Under the pieces are notes generated by a model that saw nothing but the letters and a program-made list of their open reading frames with translations, did not search any database and was not told where the DNA came from. The position numbers and the translations under genes were made by a program. A stretch of DNA of 64,000 nucleotides from positions 572,316-636,315 of the forward strand of contig MU004240.1 in assembly GCA_010405405.1 (NCBI GenBank). The letters are read 5' to 3'. This document shows positions 50,301 through 64,000 of the stretch, in pieces (the first letter of the stretch is position 1; each line of letters starts with the position of its first letter). The DNA is from Microthyrium microscopicum. Its lineage: Eukaryota.

Positions 50301-50732
50301 AAAAGTAGTATTAAATTATTTAATATTAGCTATTATATCTTAAATGATTTACTAATGGTAGTAATAAGATTATCTAGATTTCTACTTTATCTATATAAAC
50401 TATAGTATTTTATACTCCTTTAATATTAAATTTAGCGTTATTAACATATTACTACTTTAGCGCGTTTAATGCGTAAAATCTACTATCTAAATATTAATAT
50501 TCTATACTACTAAAGATCTATATCTTAAGATTATTATATAACGTTGAAATTACTATTATATCTAACCTATTTTGGTTAAAACATACGCTAAAAAGCTAGT
50601 TTAAACGAGTTTAAAGCCTTTGAACTGAGTTTAAATGGTTTAAACTAAGTTCAAAGCGCTATACCCTTTTTGGCGAAGATCTACCCCTTCGGCGTTCTCC
50701 GTTGGAAGTCTTTTAAACTGCTGACGGTCCCC
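47354..50732. mobile_element. Full-length PIF/Harbinger DNA transposon (3379 bp), heavily RIP-mutated
   Basis: 13-bp perfect TIR GGGGACCGTCAGC (47354-47366 and 50720-50732). 3-bp TSD ATT (47351-47353 and 50733-50735). Interior is very AT-rich with TpA excess and has no ORF in the track. Confidence 0.93.
47523..48720 (+). pseudogene. RIP-inactivated Harbinger (DDE_Tnp_4-type) transposase
   Basis: As read: 'IF*GYINKTYINIYRPKG..**LLYSRYDKAYCLKH*VVCYPN', 'LLYSDVAY', 'FNK*ISKYRIAIK*VFSN'. Reversing C>T/G>A changes gives WGYIDGT..ICRP..YSGY.K.H.LK.Q...PDG, LYGD.AY and FNK.MS..RIAVE.VFG. Bounds approximate. Confidence 0.85.
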
Positions 50733-51417
50733 ATTGCGGTGCCTGGGTCACCAAAGGTGAAGAATGGGGGTGTCACCCGAGGGTAGGGGGGCATTGTCCA
50801 GTGTGACGGTACAGAGTAAGTCTGTGTAAAGTTACGTAGTGTCGGGGAGGCTGAGTTGTAACGTCAACTCTAAATTTCAATAATCTGCGCAAGGAGGGCT
50901 ACTACATTTGGTGGCGAACAAGGAGTTTATTTTATGATTACCTGGTTCTAGAGTCAACGTCCAAGCAACGGTCATGGTAGATCACTTTAGAATGTTTGGA
51001 AGAAGAGTTTTTGATCAAATATTTTTGATTGTTTTTGCTAACCGCTGTGAAAGCGTTTTTGTAGCCGCTGTACAATGCCTTGGAGCAGATATGAGACTGC
51101 TGTGCTCAACATGTACAACTAGCTATGATCCAGGTGATTTCCCAAGGTATGTTATTTCTGTTTGCCAAAAATGCACCTTGCCAACCCGCCTAATTGCCGT
51201 GTCCCAACAAAAGTTCAAGAAGTGAAATGAAAGGCTATGCATGAAGCCGCGGAGGTGAAACGTGCCCTCGCGGGAATCTCCTAAGAGTAACAAGAAGTGA
51301 AAAATGAACTGTTATCTAAAAGTTAAACAACAAGAATTCATTCTCCGCAAGTCACAGACTAAACGGAGCAAGCTGTACGTGGTATAATGCTGGAAAAAAG
51401 TTCAAATCGCCAAGAGA

Positions 51418-52653
51418 TCAGAAGAAAGAGAATCTCTTGTGAGCTTGTGCGTGGCGGCGGTGTGCGTGACGCTTGGTGTTTCCAAGCGCAATCGCTTTGA
51501 CGGCACCACCGGTGCACTGCGTACCGGCCGCCATGGCCATGGGTGTAGCACAGCCAAATGCGCACATGCCGAATTGTGTTGAACTGATGCAGTAGAAACC
51601 AGGAGTCGTGCAAGCTTGCTGACCGTTAGAGCAGGATCCTGAAATAGCACCACCAGTAGATCCTGAGGCGGGAGGAGAAGCTGGAGCAGCGGAGGCAGCA
51701 GCTGAGGGAGCAGCAGCAACGGACGAGGCGGCGGCTGGAGCAGCTGTTGCAACAGTAGCCAAAGTTGTGGCAGCAGCACTAGCGCCGGAGCCTTCAGCAA
51801 AGGCACCAGCAGAGGCGCTGGATGGAGCGGAAGACACAGCAGCAGGAGCGGCAGCAGTAGCAGATGAGCCAGAAGCAGGGGCAGCAGAAGCAGCTGACCC
51901 AGAGCTGGAGCCACTGCCAGCAGAACTTTCAGATGAACATACGCTGTTGAGCTTGAGCGGGTAGTTCAACTTGCTGTCTTGTGTAACGTATTTGCCCGGA
52001 TTGGGGAATTGAGTGTTGAAGTTCTCAACCGTTGCACATGTACCAGAGGGCGCTCCAATGTTGGCAGCGAACATTGTGGGAAGGCTGGTAAGATCGCCAG
52101 TGCCACCAGTAAAAGAAACCTTCGCGCAGTTCATGTACATCTCACGGTTGCCAATGTTGTTGAACCAAGTCCAGGAAAGTACGGCAGCACCATTCTTGAC
52201 CTCTGGGGGGATTGTGAAGGTCAGATTCTGATTGACACAGTCAGTGCCGGAAGGATCGGTGCAGGCTCCGAAGCCGTCATTTAAGTTGCCAGGTGCGTTG
52301 GTTGGGCATCCTCCCAGAAAGCTGTGAATGACGTTCCAGTTTTCTGGCTTTGCTTGGTCTGCTTTGTCGGTTGCGTATGTGATAGAAATCTGGCATGACC
52401 CGCCACCGTGAACAGCAGTGTTGACACCACCAGCACCGAGGTCAAACTTCAAAGGTTGAACAGAACCTACGGCCATGTTGGTAACTGTACCTTGCGTGGT
52501 ATCCGCACCCTGGCAAGGAAAGTTGCTTCCAGACGCATCGAGTGGTGATTTGCTGAAGGAATTGGGAATTGGAACAGGTGTGTCGATGAAGAAATGGGCG
52601 GCAGCAGTGTTGATTGCAAGGCCCATAGCGGCCGCGATCATGGTAGTTCTCAT
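51418..52653 (-). CDS. AA11 lytic polysaccharide monooxygenase (chitin-active family) with Ser/Ala linker and C-terminal Cys-rich module
   Basis: Signal peptide followed by His1 (HFFIDTPVP); 'SGSNFPC', 'AVHGGGSCQISITY', 'WTWFNNIGNREMYMNCA', 'FPNPG'. C-terminal 'FYCISSTQFGMCAFG...MAAGTQC'. Intronless. Confidence 0.93.
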   Translation of the reverse strand: MRTTMIAAAMGLAINTAAAHFFIDTPVPIPNSFSKSPLDASGSNFPCQGADTTQGTVTNMAVGSVQPLKFDLGAGGVNTAVHGGGSCQISITYATDKADQAKPENWNVIHSFLGGCPTNAPGNLNDGFGACTDPSGTDCVNQNLTFTIPPEVKNGAAVLSWTWFNNIGNREMYMNCAKVSFTGGTGDLTSLPTMFAANIGAPSGTCATVENFNTQFPNPGKYVTQDSKLNYPLKLNSVCSSESSAGSGSSSGSAASAAPASGSSATAAAPAAVSSAPSSASAGAFAEGSGASAAATTLATVATAAPAAASSVAAAPSAAASAAPASPPASGSTGGAISGSCSNGQQACTTPGFYCISSTQFGMCAFGCATPMAMAAGTQCTGGAVKAIALGNTKRHAHRRHAQAHKRFSFF

Positions 52654-54694
52654 ATTGATGGATTTTGGTGTTGTGAAGAAATTGAGGGGTATCAAATCAA
52701 AGATGCTATACCGGATAGCGTCGTAGGTTTTCAAAAATCGAAAAGTTGGAAACGTTTAGATGGTTGTCTTGTGAGTTGGTTGAAGAACCTGTTGAGATAG
52801 ATTTGGCAAAGGTGCGAATGCTCTTTTTCTTCACAGAAGATTGAAAGGAAGGTATGCAAAGCCACAGGCTCGCTATGAAGGAATGACTGAACTTTTGTTG
52901 GGATCGCTGGGATGGGAGGAAAAGAAGAGTCTGGGCATGATGGGAAACATTCTTATATATGTTTTACAGCCTTCCAAGTTCGCCTCCCGTTAGAAACAAT
53001 GAGAGAGCTAAGCTTTTGCAGGCAGGGGCACAATTCATCTCGACAGGGGATGGTGGTGCGTTCGCAATCCCGCCGCAGCAAGACAAAGGAGATCATCAAC
53101 AACCAATATCCAGCAGTGGATCCCCTCTGCAGTGGAACAGGCACGGAGGTGATGTCTGGCCTGAATCTAGTACAGACCAGATGCAGGCAAAGTATTCGCG
53201 GGAACAAGATGCGCGTGTTACCATGACTCTCCTGTTTCGGACAAGCTGCGTACTGAAGGCATCTCCCTAAGGTAAAAGTGGTGGGATTGGACAAAACAAT
53301 CGCTGGGGTGCATGGTTTCGAAACAGCTGAAATTCCTTGTCCTGGAAGAATAAAACAAAAGTACTCAAGACACTGTCGAAGGCACCAGAAAAATTGAAAG
53401 TAAGCTGATCCACTTTCAGGAGATGGGACTGCACGACGTGTGACTGGTGGGCGAAGCTCTCCTGTGGCGTAAAAGCGCTGCAGGAACAAGGGCTTGCATG
53501 GTCATCTTGAGTGGTGATAGGTCCAGTGCACATCCGAATACTCTCTTGCCTGCCCAATCAAGCTACCCTGACAGTTCCGTTGACAATGTTTCTTCGGGCT
53601 TTTCCATCGTGTCTCTGCAAGGGAGCTGGTTTTTACGGTTTTGATTCTCTACTCTTTGCGCTCTTGAATCCACTCCGCTTCAGCTGCGCGTTTCGCCGAA
53701 ACAAATCTTTTGTCTAAGATGTTATTCTGCGAACCGCCGTGGGATGTGCACACGTATTGCTGATTTGGTTGGCTCTGATTTTGGCCAAGCTGAAACAATG
53801 AGTACGACTTTTTGACCCAGGCAATTCCGCACGATGTAGTCGTTCACTCTTTGAGATTTTCATTACGCACTGGAAATAGCAAGCTCGTGCTGCAAGGCTG
53901 CGAACATGTTGTATATCGGCCAGAAATAGGGTAAATGGCTGACAATTGCCCTGTTTTTGAGAACTCAAGGAGTTCCAGTCGTATGCATTCCATGTTTGGC
54001 AGTCTGCAAGGCAGCTTCTTTGCAGCTTTTACTGCAGAACAAACAGGTTGTCTAGTCACTGCGTGTCAGATTGGCCACACTTTGACAGATCTTTTTCATC
54101 AACATCTCGAGGAAATAGGGGGAGAGTCAGTGTTGTTGAGACTCACGATAGACAGCGCCTAACGCAGGCGAATGGTAGAAACTAACCAAGTCAAGTCGCA
54201 CATGCACCGCTACATCTGGTCGGCCAAGTCAAAGAGCGTCAACATGATTCTCCAATATTGGATAAGCGCTCGAAAATTGAGAACTGGTTGTGCGATGCAA
54301 TTGATGGAGTGAAGTTGGGCGGGCAGCTCACAAGCGTTCTACCGTATGGAGCAACCACGACTTCGCTCCTTCCCCAGGTGCCACATGGCCGGACCCTCCC
54401 GTTTTGACTCTCCCGCTTTGGGCGCAATTTTGAAATTTTTGAGCAATTGCACAAATTTAAAACGGACACCACGATCGGACTCGTGATAAATACCTCGTAG
54501 TTCATAGTTCGGCGGGGTTTTCATGTCATCGCTTTGCTGAGGTTGGAACTTGCCCGTTGGTGTGAAACAAAACACTTTAGAAACATGAACAAAATCATTG
54601 TAGAAAAGCTTAATCCATGAACGTACATAGTCTTGCAGCGGCAGAAATGGTAACCAATCCACCAAAATCTGACAGACCAGACTGCAGGTTTTCA

Positions 54695-57600
54695 TCAAAG
54701 CCACCCGCCTTCTTTTACACTGCCAGGCTGCCATTCAAACAACTTCCACGTAGAAATATTCGAGGAGTTCATGTTTTCACTTTTGAATGACAGCCCGGTT
54801 GTTGTTCTTGTTAGACCGATCACGTATGGGTGCTTTTCGATGCCAAGGTGCGATTGTTCGTCAGTGCCAATGAATGTGCCAAAGCCATACTTTTGGGCAG
54901 ATGTAGTGATGAGTGATTGTTGGTCTCCTTGAGTGGCAGTGGACCGATAGTCTTCGACTGCGTGACTTGCTGCATAGTAGGCTAAAACAGAACCGATGCT
55001 GGTTGGTAGTCGTGCCAGAATTTTCCAAGGCCTTCGTAGATAGAGCGCCACTGCCGTACATATGTAGAGACCTAGAATGACCTCCGCGATGATGAAAAGA
55101 GATTTTGACATAAAAATCCGCACTTGTGGAGTACTCATACTGCCAATAATCCGAGCGTTTTTGTTTGCGTTGGGTTCAAGAAGACGGCCCATATTCTGGC
55201 TGATCATGATGGAAAAGAGTTTAGAGTATTGAGCTGCGACTGGTGCAATCATTTCTTTGGGGTTCGGGGGTGAACTGTTAGGATCCAGGAAAGCCGAAGA
55301 ATTTGTGTCCAACTCCAAAAGGTAGTTGTTGAAGTCTGACGGAAACGAATCATTGGCCCATGTGAAAGCCCTTAGCGGAAGCCAGTCAATGATGAATTGG
55401 TGCATTTGTCCTAGTAAGTCAGATGAAGATGTAGTAAAGAGGTTGCTGACGTTCTTGGAAACGTCTTTGACGGCGAGCTGTTGTAGAACATGGCCAGCGG
55501 AGTCAGTCAGAACTTCCGCGGTGCCAGTTTCAATGGCACCACGGCAGATAAGCGCGGATGATTTAAAAGAAGTCAGGTTGTAGCTTGGAATTCCGTTGCT
55601 GGTATCCAAGTAGCCGTCGTCGGATGCGTTCATTTTTGCTCTCAGCCACGCAGCGACAAAGTGCTCGCTACAGAAAACTTGGTTGGCTAAGGTATCATTG
55701 GCACTGGCAGCCAAAGCAAAATAACCTTCTGCATGTACGGAACCGTTGGCAGCTCCACCCATCTCTATATCTTTGGTAAAGTTACCAAAGGCTCGTGGCA
55801 GGCAGTGCACAGTCGAGCCATTGACATCCAGCTCAATCGGGATTTCTAGTAGGGCGGATTGGATAGTGAAATTATCAGACCTGATTCTATTGGCAGCTTT
55901 GATGCTTGTTTGCAATACATCGCAATTGACTGATCCTCCAATTACTTGAGTCTCGGCACGATGAGTCCAGGTTGAATTTTGAGAGTCCCCAAGTGGAATG
56001 AAAGGAAGATAGAACCAATTCTTATCCGCCCAAGATGGCATTAGTGTGTGTGCAGTATCGTTGGACATTCCAGCAAAAAAAGGTTCAGAGAAGCCCTTAG
56101 CCTCAGGGGTAAAGGGCACCGCCAATCCATCCAAAGGAACAAAATGGAGTGAGTATGGACTGGAATAAGCGGCTGTGGTTGAGTGGAAGACGGTGTTTTC
56201 AAAGAAAAGGGCACTCAAGGCAATGGCAAAGACGTGAGCAAGAAGTGACATGAAGCAGACCATGGCGAGTAAAATATGCTTTCTCTTCAGAGCTTTCCAG
56301 AAGACGAACTGTGGGGGAAGGGAGGAGTAATCCAAAGCGATGCTGTTCTCTCCGGATTGTTGACCCTTTCGGAGACTGTCAATCGGTTCCAGTAAGCATA
56401 GGTTACGATTGAGAACGACCCAAAAAGGCTCAATTAGGGTGCCGACAGCGGTTGGAAGATAGTTTTCTATCAATTGTCGAATTATTTGATTCTGCGACGG
56501 TAATGGAAGACCTAAGAAATATTAGCTCATATAACGATGCTTTGGAAGACAATCAGCCATAATCACCATTGCTTGACATGATTTTCCAGTAAAGAATTGG
56601 CAGCAAGATGAACCCGAAGATCAAAAGGAAAACGAATGCGACTCCTGTTCGTAGTAGAAATTCTTTTGGGTAGATGCCGTTCACAGCTTGAGCGGAAGGC
56701 CTGTCTATGCTGCTTATTGATGATTGATCCGATGTATTATTCTCGTGGCGTGGTAAAGTCAGGGAAATTGCTGGAGCCAACGAAGAGGAGCGGTGTTGTA
56801 GCTGGTATCCGTCCTGCGAGAAGCATTCTTCTAACCTTTCGTTGCTTGCCTGGTCATGCGGCCCAAATTGCTGTAATAGAGCCTTGTCGTTTGCAGTGAG
56901 CTCCATGATACTGTTTATAGAGGCCGGATCTTCACATAAATGTAGAGGTCGTACATTTACCGACCGCCATATCCAAATAGTGGTTAACACAGTGGCCGCA
57001 AGTAGGCCTTGAGCAATGTAAGCAAATACTGGCACTACAACGATACCCTCGGTTGCGAATGTGCTGCTTCCTAAGGAAGACGATGCTGGGTCCGTATCCT
57101 CCGACACGACGGTCGACATTTGTAGTGCAAAAAGCAAGCTATACGCCGAATGAATCGATTGAACTAGAACGGTGGGATCTAGATAGTCCTCCGCGGGTCT
57201 TTGTGTAGATCCAATGGCGAAGGGTGTGATCTTGTCTAAGTTTGTCACACTGATTGATCTCCCATACAAGAAAGAGGATTGATCGGGCCAGGATGTAGTG
57301 GGGAAATTGGTTCTCTGCGAATTCTGCTGCGCACCTAGGTTGATAGCTTCCTCAAATCCAGTTATATTAAACATCTGTCCGGGTATTGAGACTGGAGTAC
57401 CAATATGTCCAAAGTTTAGGATTTCGTGAGCCGGATTTGATATGGTGACTTCGGCATCCTGCACATAGAAGTTGGATCTGCACCATCGTCTGGTAATGTT
57501 AAAGTGTTTGAAGACGTCAGGTTCCGCCGTGTAGTTTTTCAAGGCCGCCGCGGATAACAGAGGCTTCGAGTATTGAATGAGGAAGGTGTTTGATTGGTTT

Positions 57601-58713
57601 TGGGGACAAGCGCCTCGATCCAAAGAGTATTGAGCGGAATCTCCACTCTTATAGCCAGCAAAAATCATCTGATATGGCCTCGATTCATCGAATTGTAGGG
57701 TAGGGGATGGAGCGGTCATGTGGCAGCCCCATGTACTATTCAAGAATGTAATATTGGACTGGTCAAGGTACTGAATAGGTTCTTCGCAGGAAATGTCCGC
57801 TCCATAGCGTTTGGTCATACCCGTCAGTGATCGAGTGGCCGCTGCAACCCCTACGTCAGACGTCTTGATATCTGTGAACGGAGCTACGGCATAATCTCTT
57901 GTTACGAAAGGGGGCAACGTCTCATTGAGCCAAAGTATGTTCATTGCTGAATAGACCGATTTTGTAGACAACGTTGTTTCTTGCTTACTCAGCGGAAGAA
58001 ACTGTGTTGATCGTTGCGTTGAGGTAGACCTGGTGATATTGACTGTACTGGTGGCAAAGATACCGGCTTGAACGGGTGTAAGTCCCCATGTCGTGAGCAT
58101 CACCGCCAAAGAGGCAACGAAGACAGCCCAGTGCTTGAATTTCAGCGCCTTGGTCGGCACCGAAGCAAGAAAATCCGAGGGATAATGGAGTAGCAATGAC
58201 TCTCTTCCCGTCGCGCCTCCCGGCTTCGACAGTTGAAAGTATGGCTCCATTCGCCGTATATCCATGTCGATCCATGCCCAGATCATGCCGTAGGCGACGA
58301 ATATGATGCTTGGGAAGTTGTTATACAAGAAAGTTTTCGACAGAGGCAGTTCGCTAATGTTAGGAGCAAATATCAGTCCACCATTCTTCTGACTCTGCAT
58401 ATGGAGCAACTGTATTGCTACTATCATCAATAGCGTAATGAAGATGACAGTCCCCAAGAAAATAGAGCGTAGCGTTTTGGGCTTCCATGGTTCTCCTGGC
58501 CCTGATCAGTCGAAATTTCCGGAGTGTTTGAATTGAATACTTACGCTGAGTTGTGCACTTTTCATCATCGAGCTCTGTCGCCATTCGGGTACCAGACCCG
58601 GTCAACGGCCATTTAGGCGTTGACGATGCTGAGTTTCCAGGACCACGAGGGGCACTGCTCCACGAGGTATGCATATTATCCGGCGAGAGAGGCGAGTAGA
58701 GGAACCGATTCAT
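54695..58713 (-). CDS. DUF3433-type large multi-pass membrane protein
   Basis: 'PWKP', 'WAWIDMDIRRMEPYFQLS..G.....SLLLHYP', 'DPASINSIM', 'NYLPTAVGTLIEPFWVVLNRNLCLLEP', 'LPTSIGSVLAYYAASHAV', 'YGFGTFIGTD...HLGIEKHP'. Introns ~58502-58544 and ~56512-56566. Confidence 0.88.
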
Positions 58714-59668
58714 TTTCAATCGCAACCTGGGATGTCAAAGTTAAAGAGTAAAGCCACCAACATGACCATATCTCTGTACAGCGGTTATTATCAAAACGCC
58801 TCATTACTCGCGCTTCAGAAGTAAACATTTCTCTAGTTTGACATGTACTACCGCGAATAGATCTAAAAATAATCCACGAAGCCTTGTACCTACAGCCGCG
58901 TTTGGCACCACCAACCATGACTTTTTCTACGCCGCACTCAACGAATACCACTGCGGATGGGGACCAACATGGCCAAGACTTGATGTGCAGGCAGGTCTAG
59001 GTAGAAAGAGGCATATCATTAGTCCAGAGCCGCTGTGCGACAGATGATTTTCAACGGATGGCTTGAATCCCGCTGCATACTGCCTGTAATTGGAGTGTTG
59101 TTGAGTGCGGCGAGGTTCGGCGCTTAGCTGATCGATTGGTCGGTATACTGTGAAACCAACAACACCCGCGCGGACGGGATGCATGATAATAGGTCAGTTG
59201 TAGGTCTAGATTTCAAGATCCATTGCTGAAATAAAGATATCTACCTCTGGCAAGTTCTCAAATTCGATTTGCAGTGGTGGAATCAAACATAAGGAGGGAA
59301 TCGTTGATGACCACTTCATGTGCGAGCTGCTCTGATCCAGCTTAGACAACGATCGATACTCTACCTCTCACACATCAAAGTATTCCAAGGCTCTTTCCTT
59401 GACTGGTGAGCCTGGTTCTTGCCGTTGCCGTAAAAGGCCGACATCTCGCCAGAAATCTTTTTTGTGGACGCTGGGGTAGTCAGGGTATTGTCGGTATCGC
59501 TAGGAGTTAGAGTGCATGGGGCTTTGCATTCCATCAACACCGGCGATGGTGCTGCGTTGCGAATCGTGAAGTGGCCGACCAGTCAACGAACACATCGCAG
59601 CAGATTCTGAGTTAGTCGATGACATAAGGCGAAAATATCTTTGAACATGCGAGAAGAGAGTTGAGCAG

Positions 59669-59806
59669 CGCGTCTTGAAACGTTGAAACGCGAGTGCATG
59701 GACCGCCCATCACGCTCTCACGTGGTGTAAATTGCAGCGCGCTAATGCCAACAAGGTTAGACTCTCACGACGCGTCTCCTCTCTTCTCAGATTGACTTGC
59801 TACGCG
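59669..59806. promoter_or_regulatory. Cluster of MCB-like (ACGCG/CGCGT) sites upstream of SMC3
   Basis: CGCGT at 59669, ACGCG at 59688, ACGCGT at 59770-59775 and ACGCG at 59802, all within ~200 bp of the ATG. Cohesin genes are MBF targets in yeasts. Confidence 0.55.
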
Positions 59807-59871
59807 GGGAATTTCGTTCCTCACACTGAATGCTGCCTGCGCTCACTCCTACGAGGCGCTGACACGTCAAG

Positions 59872-63590
<3,719 letters not shown>

Positions 63591-63774
63591 ACTGCCACGG
63601 GGACTGGAGCAATGGACTGGGGGTATAAATAGGAGGCATGCAAGATATCCAACCGTGTGGGAGTTTTGCAAGATTCGTAATATTGTTACTGTGTATGATA
63701 CCTCGCTTTAGCGGTCTTTTGGACGGAAGTAATGATTAACTTGTTCCAATTATGCTACATGGTCTACCTGCTAA

Positions 63775-63951
63775 TTAACCTGGTGACCGACCGTCTGTGC
63801 CTCGACGGGGGCTATTTGTCGCTGATCCTCCAGGTTTCTTGATCAGGCTGGCGAAAAAGCTGGAGAGCTGCTCGTTTCGTGCCTTTTCATCTTCGACTTC
63901 GCCCGGTGGTGTCTTAGGCGGCTCTGAATCACCCTTGGCCGCGTTACGGTT
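63775..63951 (-). CDS. Last exon of a probable cytoplasmic dynein light intermediate chain (gene continues beyond the window)
   Basis: After acceptor 'ctaacctgatattcatag' the frame reads 'NRNAAKGDSEPPKTPP...NEQLSSFFASLIKKPGGSATNSPRR...PG*', resembling the conserved DLIC C-terminal 'L..FF..L' helix. Confidence 0.65.
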   Translation of the reverse strand, partial: NRNAAKGDSEPPKTPPGEVEDEKARNEQLSSFFASLIKKPGGSATNSPRRGTDGRSPG

Positions 63952-64000
63952 CTATGAATATCAGGTTAGAAATGAGCTGGAATTTTGGGAGAAATTTCTT

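Noticed and set aside
47400..50650. AT-rich block as centromere, NUMT or foreign DNA
   Set aside because: Bounded by TIRs and a TSD and contains a de-RIPable transposase, so it is fully explained as a RIP-mutated transposon.
52900..54600. Several overlapping 60-180-aa ORFs upstream of AA11
   Set aside because: No motifs or coherent exon structure; consistent with a long promoter or intergenic region.

Overview
Eukaryotic DNA from a filamentous ascomycete (Pezizomycotina). Genes carry short GT-AG introns with CTAAC/CTGAC branch points, and a transposon shows repeat-induced point mutation (RIP). About 19 intron-containing genes can be reconstructed, in order: DUF6536 membrane protein, a secreted protein with a copper-monooxygenase-like ligand set, an RlpA/expansin-like protein, Fig1-like, a DUF3433 protein with a Cys/Thr-rich ectodomain, S10 carboxypeptidase, Baeyer-Villiger monooxygenase, peroxisomal aryl-CoA ligase, PEBP, a convergent pair of SRA-like/AlkB dioxygenases (one with a single nonsense codon), Gfo/Idh/MocA oxidoreductase, GNA1-like acetyltransferase, OPT transporter, GH114, AA11 LPMO, a second DUF3433 protein, SMC3 and the last exon of a dynein light intermediate chain. 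Mobile DNA comprises a 3.4-kb RIP-destroyed PIF/Harbinger element, a 475-bp hAT-like non-autonomous element and a dispersed ~213-bp hairpin MITE family (3 full copies, 1-2 degenerate; two lie inside introns). The strongest leads are the MITE family, the AlkB pair, the putative Cu-monooxygenase-like protein and a co-oriented amino-sugar gene run (oxidoreductase-GNA1-OPT-GH114). Family assignments come from motif recognition by eye, not database searches, and exon boundaries are manual predictions.
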